Origin: Eledone cirrhosa
Taxonomy: Eukaryota
Direction: 5' to 3'
Length of the DNA: 64,000 bases
Assembly: GCA_964016885.1 (NCBI GenBank)
Contig: OZ024759.1
Span: 24,056,001 to 24,120,000 of the forward strand
Part shown: piece after piece, positions 12,701 through 26,500 of the stretch
Numbering within the stretch: position 1 is the stretch's first letter
Layout of the letters: the number at the start of each line of letters is the position of its first letter
The notes under the pieces: model-generated
Database searches by the model: none
What the model saw: the letters and a program-made list of their open reading frames with translations, nothing else
What the model was told of the DNA's origin: nothing
Position numbers and translations under genes: made by a program

Positions 12701-14829
12701 AAAACATGTGCTTTAACACTTTGAGCCCAGTTTACTTCGATATATCTCTATATATCTCTATCTTCCTTTTAACGGAAAACACCATGCTGTCTGGCTATCT
12801 CTCACCCAATCTACCTCATACTCTCTACCTCTTTTTGAGTAATCCCTTGCTTGTCTTTCAAGCAAGTTGGTCTTTGCTCCTATGGACGTATAAACCTTTA
12901 CACTATCTCATAATCACTCCTATATTCGTCTTTCCAAGTCATGTGCTTTCACACTTTGAGCCCAGTTTACTTCGATATATCTCTATATATCTCTATTTTC
13001 CTTTTAACGGAAAACACCATGCTGTCTGGCTATCTCTCTCCCAATCTACCTCATACTCTCTACCTCTTTTTGAGTAATCCCTTGCTTGTCTTTCAAGCAA
13101 GTTGGTCTTTACTCCTATGGACGTATAAACCTTTACACTATCTCATAACCATTCCTATATTCGTCTTTCCAAGTCATGTGCTTTCACACTTTGAGCCCAG
13201 CTTACTTCGATATATCCCTATATATCTCTATTTTCCTTTTAACGGAAAACACCATGCTGTCTGGCTCCATCTCTCCCTTATCTACCTCATGCGATCTACC
13301 TCTTTTTGAGTAATCCCTTGCTTGTCTTTCAAGCAAGTTGGTCTTTACTCCTATGGACGTATAAACCTTTACACTATCTCATAACCATTCCTATATTCGT
13401 CTTTCCAAGTCATGTGCTTTAACACTTTGAGCCCAGTTTACTTCGATATATCCCTATATATCTCTATTTTCTTTTTAACGCAAAACACCTTGCTGTCTGG
13501 CTATCTCTCTCCCAATCTACCTCATACTCTCTACCTCTTTTTGAGTAATCCCTTGCTTGTCTTTCAAGCAAGTTGGTCTTTACTCCTATGGACGTATAAA
13601 CCTTTACACTATCTCATAACCATTCCTATATTCGTCTTTCGAAAACATGTGCTTTAACACTTTGAGCCCAGTTTACTTCGATATATCCCTATATATCTCT
13701 ATTTTCCTTTTAACGGAAAACACCATGCTGTCTGGCACTCTCTCTCCCTTATCTACCTCATGCGATCTACCTCTTTTTGAGTAATCCCTTGCTTGTCTTT
13801 CAAGCAAGTTGGTCTTTACTCCTATGGACGTATAAACCTTTACACTATCTCATAACCATTCCTATATTTGTCTTTGCAAGTCATGTGCATTAACACTTTG
13901 AGCCCAGTTTACTTCGATATATCTCTATGTATCTCTATTTTCCTTTTAACGGAAAACACCATGCTGTCTGGCTATCTCTCTCCCAATCTACCTTATACTC
14001 TCTACCTCTTTTTGAGTAATCCCTTGCTTGTCTTTCAAGCAAGTTGGTCTTTACTCCTATGGACGTATAAACCTTTACACTATCTCATAACCATTCCTAT
14101 ATTCGTCTTTCGAAAACATGTGCTTTAACACTTTGAGCCCAGTTTACTTCGATATATCCCTATATATCTCTATTTTCCTTTTAACGGAAAACACCATGCT
14201 GTCTGGCACTCTCTCTCCCTTATCTACCTCATGCGATCTACCTCTTTTTGAGTAATCCCTTGCTTGTCTTTCAAGCAAGTTGGTCTTTACTCCTATGGAC
14301 GTATAAACCTTTACACTATCTCATAACCATTCCTATATTCGTCTTTCGAAAACATGTGCTTTAACACTTTGAGCCCAGTTTACTTCGATATATCCCTATA
14401 TATCTCTATTTTCCTTTTAACGGAAAACACCATGCTGTCTGGCTATCTCTCTCCCAATCTACCTCATACTCTCTACCTCTTTTTGAGTAATCCCTTGCTT
14501 GTCTTTCAAGCAAGTTGGTCTTTACTCCTATGGACGTATAAACCTTTACACTATCTCATAACCATTCCTAGATTCGTCTTTCCAAGTCATGTGCTTTAAC
14601 ACTTTGAGCCCAGTTTACTTCGATATACGTCTATATATCTCTATCTTCCTTTTAACGGAAAACACCATGCTGTCTGGCCATCTCTCTCCCAATCTACCTC
14701 ATACTCTCTACCTCTTTTTGAGTAATCCCTTGCTTGTCTTTCAAGCAAGTTGGTCTTTACTCCTATGGACGTATAAACCTTTACACAATCTCATAACCAT
14801 TCCAATATTCGTATTTCCAAGTCATGTGC

Positions 14830-16700
14830 TTTCACACTTTGAGCCCAGTTTATTTCGATATATCTCTATATATCTCTATTTTCCTTTTCACAGAAAACAC
14901 CATGCTGTCTGGCTATCTCTCTCCCAATCTACCTCATACTCTCTACCTCTTTTTGAGTAATCCCTTGCTTGTCTTTCAAGCCAGTTGGTCTTTACTCCTA
15001 TGGACGTATAAACCTTTACACTATCTCATAACCATTCCTATATTCATCTTTCCAAGTCATGTGCTTTAACATTTTGAGCCCAGTTTACTTCGATATATCC
15101 CTATATATCTCTATTTTCCTTTTAACGGAAAACATCATGCTGTCTGGCTATCTCTCTCCCAATCTACCTCATACTCTCTAGCTCTTTTTGAGTAATCCCT
15201 TGCTTGTCTTTCAAGCAAGTTGGTCTTTACTCCTATGGACATATAAACCTTTACACTATCTCATAACCATTCCTATATTCGTCTTTCCAAAAGATGTGCT
15301 TTAACACTTTGAGCCCAGTTTACTTCGATATATCCCTATATAGCTCTATTTTCCTTTTAACGGAAAACACCATGCTGTCTGGCTATCTCTCTCCCAATCT
15401 ACCTCATACTCTCTAGCACTTTTTTAGTAATCCCTTGCTTGTCTTTCAAGCAAGTTGGTCTTTACTCCTATGGACGTATAAACCTTTACACTATCTCATA
15501 ACCATTCCTATATTCGTCTTTCAAAGTCATGTGCTTTCACACTTTGAGCCCAGTTTACTTCGATATATCTCTATATATCTCTATTTTCCTTTTAACGGAA
15601 AACACCATGCTGTCTGGCTATCTCTCTCCCAATCTACCTCATATTCTCTACCTCTTCTTGAGTAATCCCTTGCTTGTCTTTCAAGCAAGTTGGTCTTTAC
15701 TCCTATGGACGTATAAACCTTTACACTATCTCATAACCATTCCTATATTCGTCTTTCCAAGTCATGTGCTTTCACACTTTGAGCCCAGTTTATTTCGATA
15801 TATCTCTATATATCTCTATTTTCCTTTTCACAGAAAACACCATCCTGTCTGGCTATCTCTCTCCCAATCTACCTCATACTCTCTACCTCTTTTTGAGTAA
15901 TCCCTTGCTTGTCTTTCAAGCAAGTTGGTCTTTACTCCTATGGACGTATAAACCTTTACACTATCTCATAACCATTCCTATATTCATCTTTCCAAGTCAT
16001 GTGCTTTAACATTTTGAGCCCAGTTTACTTCGATATATCCCTATATATCTCTATTTTCCTTTTAACGGAAAACATCATGCTGTCTGGCTATATCTCTCCC
16101 AATCTACCTCATACTCTCTAGCTCTTTTTGAGTAATCCCTTGCTTGTCTTTCAAGCAAGTTGGTCTTTACTCCTATGGACGTATAAACCTTTACACTATC
16201 TCATAACCATTCCTATATTCGTCTTTCCAAAAGATGTGCTTTAACACTTTGAGCCCAGTTTACTTCGATATATCCCTATATATCTCTATTTTCCTTTTAA
16301 CGGAATCACCATGCTGTCTGGCTATCTCTCTCCCAATCTACCTCATACTCTCTGGCACTTTTTTAGTAATCCCTTGCTTGTCTTTCAAGCAAGTTGGTCT
16401 TTACTCCTATGGACGTATAAACCTTTACACTATCTCATAACTATTCCTATATTCGTCTTTCAAAGTCATGTGCTTTCACAGTTTGAGCCCAGTTTACTTC
16501 GATATATCTCTATATATCTCTATTTTCCTTTTAACGGAAAACACCATGCTGTCTGGCTATCTCTCTCCCAATCTACCTCATATTCTCTACCTCTTCTTGA
16601 GTAATCCCTTGCTTGTCTTTCAAGCAAGTTGGTCTTTACTCCTATGGACGTATAAACCTTTACACTATCTCATAACCATTCCTATATGCGTCTTTCCAAG
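14830..16700 (+). repeat. Diverged 4-monomer duplication (period 939-940 bp)
   Basis: TATTTCG/TTCACAGAA ~14851/15791, AACATCATG ~15131/16071, CCAAAAGATG ~15287/16227, CATATTCTC..CTCTTCTTG ~15640/16579. Several differences between the copies. Confidence 0.85.
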
Positions 16701-17959
16701 TCATGTGCTTTCACACTTTGAGCCCAGTTTACTTCGATATATCTCTATATATCTCTATCTTCCTTTTAACGGAAAACACCATGCTGTCTGGCTATCTCTC
16801 TCCCAATCTACCTTATACTCTCTACCTCTTTTTGAGTAATCCCTTGCTTGTCTTTCAAGCAAGTTGGTCTTTACTCCTATGGACGTATAGACCTTTACAC
16901 AATCTCATAACCATTCCAATATTCGTATTTCCAAGTCATGTGCTTTCACACTTTGAGCCCAGTTTACTTCGATATATCTCTATATATCTCTATTTTCCTT
17001 TTAACGGAAAACACCATGCTGTCTGGCTATCTCTCTCCCAATCTACCTCATGCGATCTACCTCTTTTTGAGTAATCCCTTGCTTGTCTTTCAAGCAAGTT
17101 GGTCTTTACTCCTATGGACGTATAAACCTTTACACTATCTGATAACCATTCCTATATTCGTCTTTCCAAGTCATGTGCTTTCACACTTTGAGCCCAGTTT
17201 ACTTCGATATATCTCTATATATCTCTATCTTCCTTTTAACGGAAAACACCATGCTGTCTGGCTATCTCTCACCCAATCTACCTCATACTCTCTACCTCTT
17301 TTTGAGTAATCCCTTGCTTGTCTTTCAAGCAAGTTGGTCTTTACTCCTATGGACGTATAAGCCTTTACACTATCTCATAACCATTCCTATATTCGTCTTT
17401 GCAAGTCATGTGCATTAACACTTTGAGCCCAGTTTACTTCGATATATCTCTATATATCTCTATTTTCCTTTTAACGGAAAACACCATGCTGTCTGGCTAT
17501 CTCACTCCCAATCTACCTCATACTCTCTACCTCTTTTTGAGTAATCCCTTGCTTGTCTTTCAAGCAAGTTGGCCTTTATTCCTATGGACGTATAAACCTT
17601 TACACTATCTCAAAACCATTCCTATATTCATCTTTCCAAATCATGTGCTTTAACATTTTGAGCCCAGTTTACTTCGATATATCCCTATATATCTCTATTT
17701 TCCTTTTAACGGAAAACACCATGCTGTCTGGCTATCTCTCTCCCAATCTACCTCATACTCTCTAGCACTTTGTTAGTAATCCCTTGCTTGTCTTTCAAGC
17801 AAGTTGGTCTTTACTCCTATGGACGTATAAACCTTTACACTATCTCATAACCATTCCTATATTCGTCTTTCCAAGTCATGTGCTTTCACACTTTGAGCCC
17901 AGTTTACTTCGATATATCTCTATATATCTCTATTTTCCTTTTAACGGAAAACACCATGC

Positions 17960-20900
17960 TGTCTGGCTATCTCTCTCCCAATCTACCTCATACTCTCTAC
18001 CTCTTTTTGAGTAATCCCTTGCTTGTCTTTCAAGCAAGTTGGTCTTTACTCCTATGGACGTATAAACCTTTACACTATCTCATAACCATTCCTATATTCG
18101 TCTTTCCAAGTCATGTGCTTTCACACTTCGAGCCGAGTTTACTTCGATATATCGCTATATATCTCTATTTTCCTTTTAACGGAAAACACCATGCTGTCTG
18201 GCTATCTCTCTCCCAATCTACCTCATACTCTCTACCTCTTTTTGAGTAATCCCTTGCTTGTCTTTCAAGCAAGTTGGTCTTTACTCCTATGGACGTATAA
18301 ACCTTTACACTATCTCATACCATTCCTATATTCGTCTTTGCATGTCATGTGCATTAACACTTTGAGCCCAGTTTACTTCGATATATCTCTATTTTCCTTT
18401 TAACGGAAAACACCATGCTGTCTGGCTATCTCTCTCCCAATCTACCTTATACTCTCTACCTCTTTTTGAGTAATCCCTTGCTTGTCTTTCAAGCAAGTTG
18501 GTCTTTACTCCTATGGACGTATAAACCTTTACACTATCTCATAACCATTCCTATATTCGTCTTTCGAAAACATGTGCTTTAACACTTTGAGCCCAGTTTA
18601 CTTCGATATATCCCTATATATCTCTATTTTCCTTTTAAGGGAAAACACCATGCTGTCTGGCACTCTCTCTCCCTTATCTACCTCATGCGATCTACCTCTT
18701 TTTGAGTAATCCCTTGCTTGTCTTTCAAGCAAGTTGGTCTTTACTCCTATGGACGTATAAACCTTTACACTATCTCATAACCATTCCTATATTTGTTTTT
18801 GCAAGTCATGTGCATTAACACTTTGAGCCCAGTTTACTTCGATATATCTCTATGTATCTCTATTTTCCTTTTAACGGAAAACACCATGCTGTCTGGCTAT
18901 CTCTCTCCCAATCTACCTTATACTCTCTACCTCTTTTTGAGTAATCCCTTGCTTGTCTTTCAAGCAAGTTGGTCTTTACTCCTATGGACGTATAAATCTT
19001 TACACTATCTCATAACCATTTCTATATTCGTCTTTCCAAGTCATGTGCTTTCACACTTTGAGCCCAGTTTACTTCGATATATCTCTATATATCTCTATTT
19101 TCCTTTTAACTGAAAACACCATGCTGTCTGGCTATCTCTCTCCCAATCTACCTTATACTCTCTACCTCTTTTTGAGTAATCCCTTGCTTGTCTTTCAAGC
19201 AAGTTGGTCTTTACTCCTATGGACGTATAAACCTTTACACTATCTCATAACCATTCCTATATTCATCTTTCCAAGTCATGTGCTTTAACATTTTGAGCCC
19301 AGTTTACTTCGATATATCCCTATATATCTCTATTTTCCTTTTAACGGAAAACATCATGCTGTCTGGCTATCTCTCTCCCAATCTACCTCATACTCTCTAG
19401 CTCTTTTTGAGTAATCCCTTGCTTGTCTTTCAAGCAAGTTGGTCTTTACTCCTATGGACGTATAAACCTTTACACTATCTCATAACCATTCCTATATTCG
19501 TCTTTCCAAAATATGTGCTTTAACACTTTGAGCCCAGTTTACTTCGATATATCCCTATATATCTCTATTTTCCTTTTAACGGAAAACACCATGCTGTCTG
19601 GCTATCTCTCTCCCAATCTACCTCATACTCTCTAGCACTTTTTTAGTAATCCCTTGCTTGTCTTTCAAGCAAGTTGGTCTTTACTCCTATGGACGTATAA
19701 ACCTTTACACTATCTCATAACCATTCCTATATTCGTCTTTCAAAGTCATGTGCTTTCACACTTTGAGCCCAGTTTACTTCGATATATCTCTATATATCTC
19801 TATTTTCCTTTTAACGGAAAACACCATGCTGTCTGGCTATCTCTCTCCCAATCTATTTCATATTCTCTACCTCTTCTTGAGTAATCCCTTGCTTGTCTTT
19901 CAAGCAAGTTGGTCTTTACTCCTATGGACGTTTAAACCTTTACACTATTTCATAACCATTCCTATATTCGTCTTTCCAAGTCATGTGCTTTCACACTTTG
20001 AGCCCAGTTTATTTCGATATATCTCTATATATCTCTATTTTCCTTTTAACGGAAAACACCATGCTGTCTGGCTATCTCTCTCCCAATCTACCTCATACTC
20101 TCTACCTCTTTTTGAGTAATCCCTTGCTTGTCTTTCAAGCAAGTTGGTCTTTACTCCTATGGACGTATAAACCTTTACACTATCTCATAACCATTCCTAT
20201 ATTCGTCTTTGCAAGTCATGTGCATTAACACTTTGAGCCCAGTTTACTTCGATATATCTCTATATATCTCTATTTTCCTTTTAACGGAAAACACCATGCT
20301 GTCTGGCTATCTCTCTCCCAATCTACCTCATACTCTCTACCTCTTTTTGAGTAATCCCTTGCTTGTCTTTCAAGCAAGTTGGTCTTTACTCCTATGGACG
20401 TATAAACCTTTACACTATCTGATAACCATTCCTATATTCGTCTTTCCAAGTCATGTGCTTTCACACTTTGAGCCCAGTTTACTTCGATATATCTCTATAT
20501 ATCTCTATCTTCCTTTTAACGGAAAACACCATGCTGTCTGGCTATCTCTCACCCAATCTACCTCATACTCTCTACCTCTTTTTGAGTAATCCCTTGCTTG
20601 TCTTTCAAGCAAGTTGGTCTTTACTCCTATGGACGTATAAACCTTTACACTATCTCATAACCATTCCTATATTCGTCTTTCCAAGTCATGTGCTTTCACA
20701 CTTCGAGCCGAGTTTACTTCGATATATCGCTATATATCTCTATTTTCCTTTTAACGGAAAACACCATGCTGTCTGGCTATCTCTCTCCCAATCTACCTCA
20801 TACTCTCTACCTCTTTTTGAGTAATCCCTTGCTTGTCTTTCAAGCAAGTTGGTCTTTACTCCTATGGACGTATAAACCTTTACACTATCTCATACCATTC

Positions 20901-22890
20901 CTATATTCGTCTTTGCATGTCATGTGCATTAACACTTTGAGCCCAGTTTACTTCGATATATCTCTATTTTCCTTTTAACGGAAAACACCATGCTGTCTGG
21001 CTATCTCTCTCCCAATCTACCTTATACTCTCTACCTCTTTTTGAGTAATCCCTTGCTTGTCTTTCAAGCAAGTTGGTCTTTACTCCTATGGACGTATAAA
21101 CCTTTACACTATCTCATAACCATTCCTATATTCGTCTTTCGAAAACATGTGCTTTAACACTTTGAGCCCAGTTTACTTCGATATATCCCTATATATCTCT
21201 ATTTTCCTTTTAAGGGAAAACACCATGCTGTCTGGCACTCTCTCTCCCTTATCTACCTCATGCGATCTACCTCTTTTTGAGTAATCCCTTGCTTGTCTTT
21301 CAAGCAAGTTGGTCTTTACTCCTATGGACGTATAAACCTTTACACTATCTCATAACCATTCCTATATTTGTCTTTGCAAGTCATGTGCATTAACACTTTG
21401 AGCCCAGTTTACTTCGATATATCTCTATGTATCTCTATTTTCCTTTTAACGGAAAACACCATGCTGTCTGGCTATCTCTCTCCCAATCTACCTTATACTC
21501 TCTACCTCTTTTTGAGTAATCCCTTGCTTGTCTTTCAAGCAAGTTGGTCTTTACTCCTATGGACGTATAAATCTTTACACTATCTCATAACCATTTCTAT
21601 ATTCGTCTTTCCAAGTCATGTGCTTTCACACTTTGAGCCCAGTTTACTTCGATATATCTCTATATATCTCTATTTTCCTTTTAACTGAAAACACCATGCT
21701 GTCTGGCTATCTCTCTCCCAATCTACCTTATACTCTCTACCTCTTTTTGAGTAATCCCTTGCTTGTCTTTCAAGCAAGTTGGTCTTTACTCCTATGGACG
21801 TATAAACCTTTACACTATCTCATAACCATTCCTATATTCATCTTTCCAAGTCATGTGCTTTAACATTTTGAGCCCAGTTTACTTCGATATATCCCTATAT
21901 ATCTCTATTTTCCTTTTAACGGAAAACATCATGCTGTCTGGCTATCTCTCTCCCAATCTACCTCATACTCTCTAGCTCTTTTTGAGTAATCCCTTGCTTG
22001 TCTTTCAAGCAAGTTGGTCTTTACTCCTATGGACGTATAAACCTTTACACTATCTCATAACCATTCCTATATTCGTCTTTCCAAAATATGTGCTTTAACA
22101 CTTTGAGCCCAGTTTACTTCGATATATCCCTATATATCTCTATTTTCCTTTTAACGGAAAACACCATGCTGTCTGGCTATCTCTCTCCCAATCTACCTCA
22201 TACTCTCTAGCACTTTTTTAGTAATCCCTTGCTTGTCTTTCAAGCAAGTTGGTCTTTACTCCTATGGACGTATAAACCTTTACACTATCTCATAACCATT
22301 CCTATATTCGTCTTTCAAAGTCATGTGCTTTCACACTTTGAGCCCAGTTTACTTCGATATATCTCTATATATCTCTATTTTCCTTTTAACGGAAAACACC
22401 ATGCTGTCTGGCTATCTCTCTCCCAATCTATTTCATATTCTCTACCTCTTCTTGAGTAATCCCTTGCTTGTCTTTCAAGCAAGTTGGTCTTTACTCCTAT
22501 GGACGTTTAAACCTTTACACTATTTCATAACCATTCCTATATTCGTCTTTCCAAGTCATGTGCTTTCACACTTTGAGCCCAGTTTATTTCGATATATCTC
22601 TATATATCTCTATTTTCCTTTTAACGGAAAACACCATGCTGTCTGGCTATCTCTCTCCCAATCTACCTCATACTCTCTACCTCTTTTTGAGTAATCCCTT
22701 GCTTGTCTTTCAAGCAAGTTGGTCTTTACTCCTATGGACGTATAAACCTTTACACTATCTCATAACCATTCCTATATTCGTCTTTGCAAGTCATGTGCAT
22801 TAACACTTTGAGCCCAGTTTACTTCGATATATCTCTATATATCTCTATTTTCCTTTTAACGGAAAACACCATGCTGTCTGGCTATCTCAC
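17960..22890 (+). repeat. Near-identical duplication of a ~10-monomer block, offset 2575 bp (11 monomers)
   Basis: ORF pairs 18113/20688, 18793/21368, 19043/21618, 19748/22323, 19983/22558. Shared 10-bp deletion (~18385/20960), TTAAGGGAAA, TAACTGAAA and CTATTTCATA variants. Confidence 0.92.
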
Positions 22891-23589
22891 TCCCAATCTA
22901 CCTCATACTCTCTACCTCTTTTTGAGTAATCCCTTGCTTGTCTTTCAAGCAAGTTGGCCTTTATTCCTATGGACGTATAAACCTTTACACTATCTCAAAA
23001 CCATTCCTATATTCATCTTTCCAAATCATGTGCTTTAACATTTTGAGCCCAGTTTACTTCGATATATCCCTATATATCTCTATTTTCCTTTTAACGGAAA
23101 ACACCATGCTGTCTGGCTATCTCTCTCCCAATCTACCTCATACTCTCTAGCACTTTTTTAGTAATCCCTTGCTTGTCTTTCAAGCAAGTTGGTCTTTACT
23201 CCTATGGACGTATAAACCTTTACACTATCTCATAACCATTCCTATATTCGTCTTTCCAAGTCATGTGCTTTCACACTTTGAGCCCAGTTTACTTCGATAT
23301 ATCTCTATATATCTCTATTTTCCTTTTAACGGAAAACACCATGCTGTCTGGCTATCTCTCTCCCAATCTACCTCATACTCTCTACCTCTTTTTGAGTAAT
23401 CCCTTGCTTGTCTTTCAAGCAAGTTGGTCTTTACTCCTATGGACGTATAAACCTTTACACTATCTCATAACCATTCCTATATTCGTCTTTCCAAGTCATG
23501 TGCTTTCACACTTCGAGCCGAGTTTACTTCGATATATCGCTATATATCTCTATTTTCCTTTTAACGGAAAACACCATGCTGTCTGGCTA

Positions 23590-26500
23590 TCTCTCTCCCA
23601 ATCTACCTTATACTCTCTACCTCTTTTTGAGTAATCCCTTGCTTGTCTTTCAAGCAAGTTGGTCTTTACTCCTATGGACGTATAGACCTTTACACAATCT
23701 CATAACCATTCCAATATTCGTATTTCCAAGTCATGTGCTTTCACACTTTGAGCCCAGTTTACTTCGATATATCTCTATATATCTCTATTTTCCTTTTCAC
23801 AGAAAACACCATTTTGTCTGGCTATCTCTCTCCCAATCTACCTCATACTCTCTACCTCTTTTTTAGTAATCCCTTGCTTGTCTTTCAAGCAAGTTGGTCT
23901 TTACTCCTATGGACGTATAAACCTTTACACTATTTCATAACCATTCCTATATTCGTCTTTCCAAATCATGTGCTTTCACACTTTGAACCCAATTTACTTC
24001 GATATATCTCTATATATCTCTATTTTCCTTTTAACGGAAAACACCATGCTGTCTGGCTATCTCTCTCCCAATCTACCTCATACTCTCTACCTCTTTTTGA
24101 GTTATCCCTTGCTTGTCTTTCAAGCAAGTTGGTCTTTACTCCTATGGACGTATAAACCTTTACACTATCTCATAACCATTCCTATATTCGTCTTTGCAAG
24201 TCATGTGCATTAACACTTTGAGCCCAGTTTACTTCGATATATCTCTATATATCTCTATTTTCCTTTTAACGGAAAACACCATGCTGTCTGGCTATCTCTC
24301 TCCCAATCTACCTCATACTCTCTACCTCTTTTTGAGTAATCCCTTGCTTGTCTTTCAAGCAAGTTGGTCTTTACTCCTATGGACGTATAAACCTTTACAC
24401 TATCTGATAACCATTCCTATATTCGTCTTTCCAAGTCATGTGCTTTCACACTTTGAGCCCAGTTTACTTCGATATATCTCTATATATCTCTATCTTCCTT
24501 TTAACGGAAAACACCATGCTGTCTGGCTATCTCTCACCCAATCTACCTCATACTCTCTACCTCTTTTTGAGTAATCCCTTGCTTGTCTTTCAAGCAAGTT
24601 GGTCTTTACTCCTATGGACGTATAAGCCTTTACACTATCTCATAACCATTCCTATATTCGTCTTTGCAAGTCATGTGCATTAACACTTTGAGCCCAGTTT
24701 ACTTCGATATATCTCTATATATCTCTATTTTCCTTTTAACGGAAAACACCATGCTGTCTGGCTATCTCACTCCCAATCTACCTCATACTCTCTACCTCTT
24801 TTTGAGTAATCCCTTGCTTGTCTTTCAAGCAAGTTGGCCTTTATTCCTATGGACGTATAAACCTTTACACTATCTCAAAACCATTCCTATATTCATCTTT
24901 CCAAATCATGTGCTTTAACATTTTGAGCCCAGTTTACTTCGATATATCCCTATATATCTCTATTTTCCTTTTAACGGAAAACACCATGCTGTCTGGCTAT
25001 CTCTCTCCCAATATACCTCATACTCTCTAGCACTTTTTTAGTAATCCCTTGCTTGTCTTTCAAGCAAGTTGGTCTTTACTCCTATGGACGTATAAACCTT
25101 TACACTATCTCATAACCATTCCTATATTCGTCTTTCCAAGTCATGTGCTTTCACACTTTGAGCCCAGTTTACTTCGATATATCTCTATATATCTCTATTT
25201 TCCTTTTAACGGAAAACACCATGCTGTCTGGCTATCTCTCTCCCAATCTACCTCATACTCTCTACCTCTTTTTGAGTAATCCCTTGCTTGTCTTTCAAGC
25301 AAGTTGGTCTTTACTCCTATGGACGTATAAACCTTTACACTATCTCATAACCATTCCTATATTCGTCTTTCCAAGTCATGTGCTTTCACACTTCGAGCCG
25401 AGTTTACTTCGATATATCGCTATATATCTCTATTTTCCTTTTAACGGAAAACACCATGCTGTCTGGCTATCTCTCTCCCAATCTACCTCATACTCTCTAC
25501 CTCTTTTTGAGTAATCCCTTGCTTGTCTTTCAAGCAAGTTGGTCTTTACTCCTATGGACGTATAAACCTTTACACTCTCTCATAACCATTCCTATATTCG
25601 TCTTTGCAAGTCATGTGCATTAACACTTTGAGCCCAGTTTACTTCGATATATCTCTATATATCTCTATTTTCCTTTTAACGGAAAACACCATGCTGTCTG
25701 GCTATCTCTCTCCCAATCTACCTCATACTCTCTACCTCTTTTTGAGTAATCCCTTGCTTGTCTTTCAAGCAAGTTGGTCTTTACTCCTATGGACGTATAA
25801 ACCTTTACACTATCTGACAACCATTCCTATATTCATCTTTCCAAGTCATGTGCTTTAACATTTTGAGCCCAGTTTACTTCGATATATCCCTATATACCTC
25901 TATTTTCCTTTTAACGGAAAACACCATGCTGTCTGGCTATCTCTCTCCCAATCTACCTCATACTCTCTACCTCTTTTTGAGTAATCCCTTGCTTGTCTTT
26001 CAAGCAAGTTGGTCTTTACTCCTATGGACGTATAAACCTTTACACTATCTCATAACCATTCCTATATTCGTCTTTCCAAGTCATGTGCTTTCACACTTCG
26101 AGCCGAGTTTACTTCGATATATCGCTATATATCTCTATTTTCCTTTTAACGGAAAACACCATGCTGTCAGGCTATCTCTCTCCCAATCTACCTCATACTC
26201 TCTACCTCTTTTTGAGTAATCCCTTGCTTGTCTTTCAAGCAAGTTGGTCTTTACTCCTATGGACGTATAAACCTTTACACTATCTCATACCATTCCTATA
26301 TTCGTCTTTGCATGTCATGTGCATTAACACTTTGAGCCCAGTTTACTTCGATATATCTCTATTTTCCTTTTAACGGAAAACACCATGCTGTCTGGCTATC
26401 TCTCTCCCAATCTACCTTATACTCTCTACCTCTTTTTGAGTAATCCCTTGCTTGTCTTTCAAGCAAGTTGGTCTTTACTCCTATGGACGTATAGACCTTT

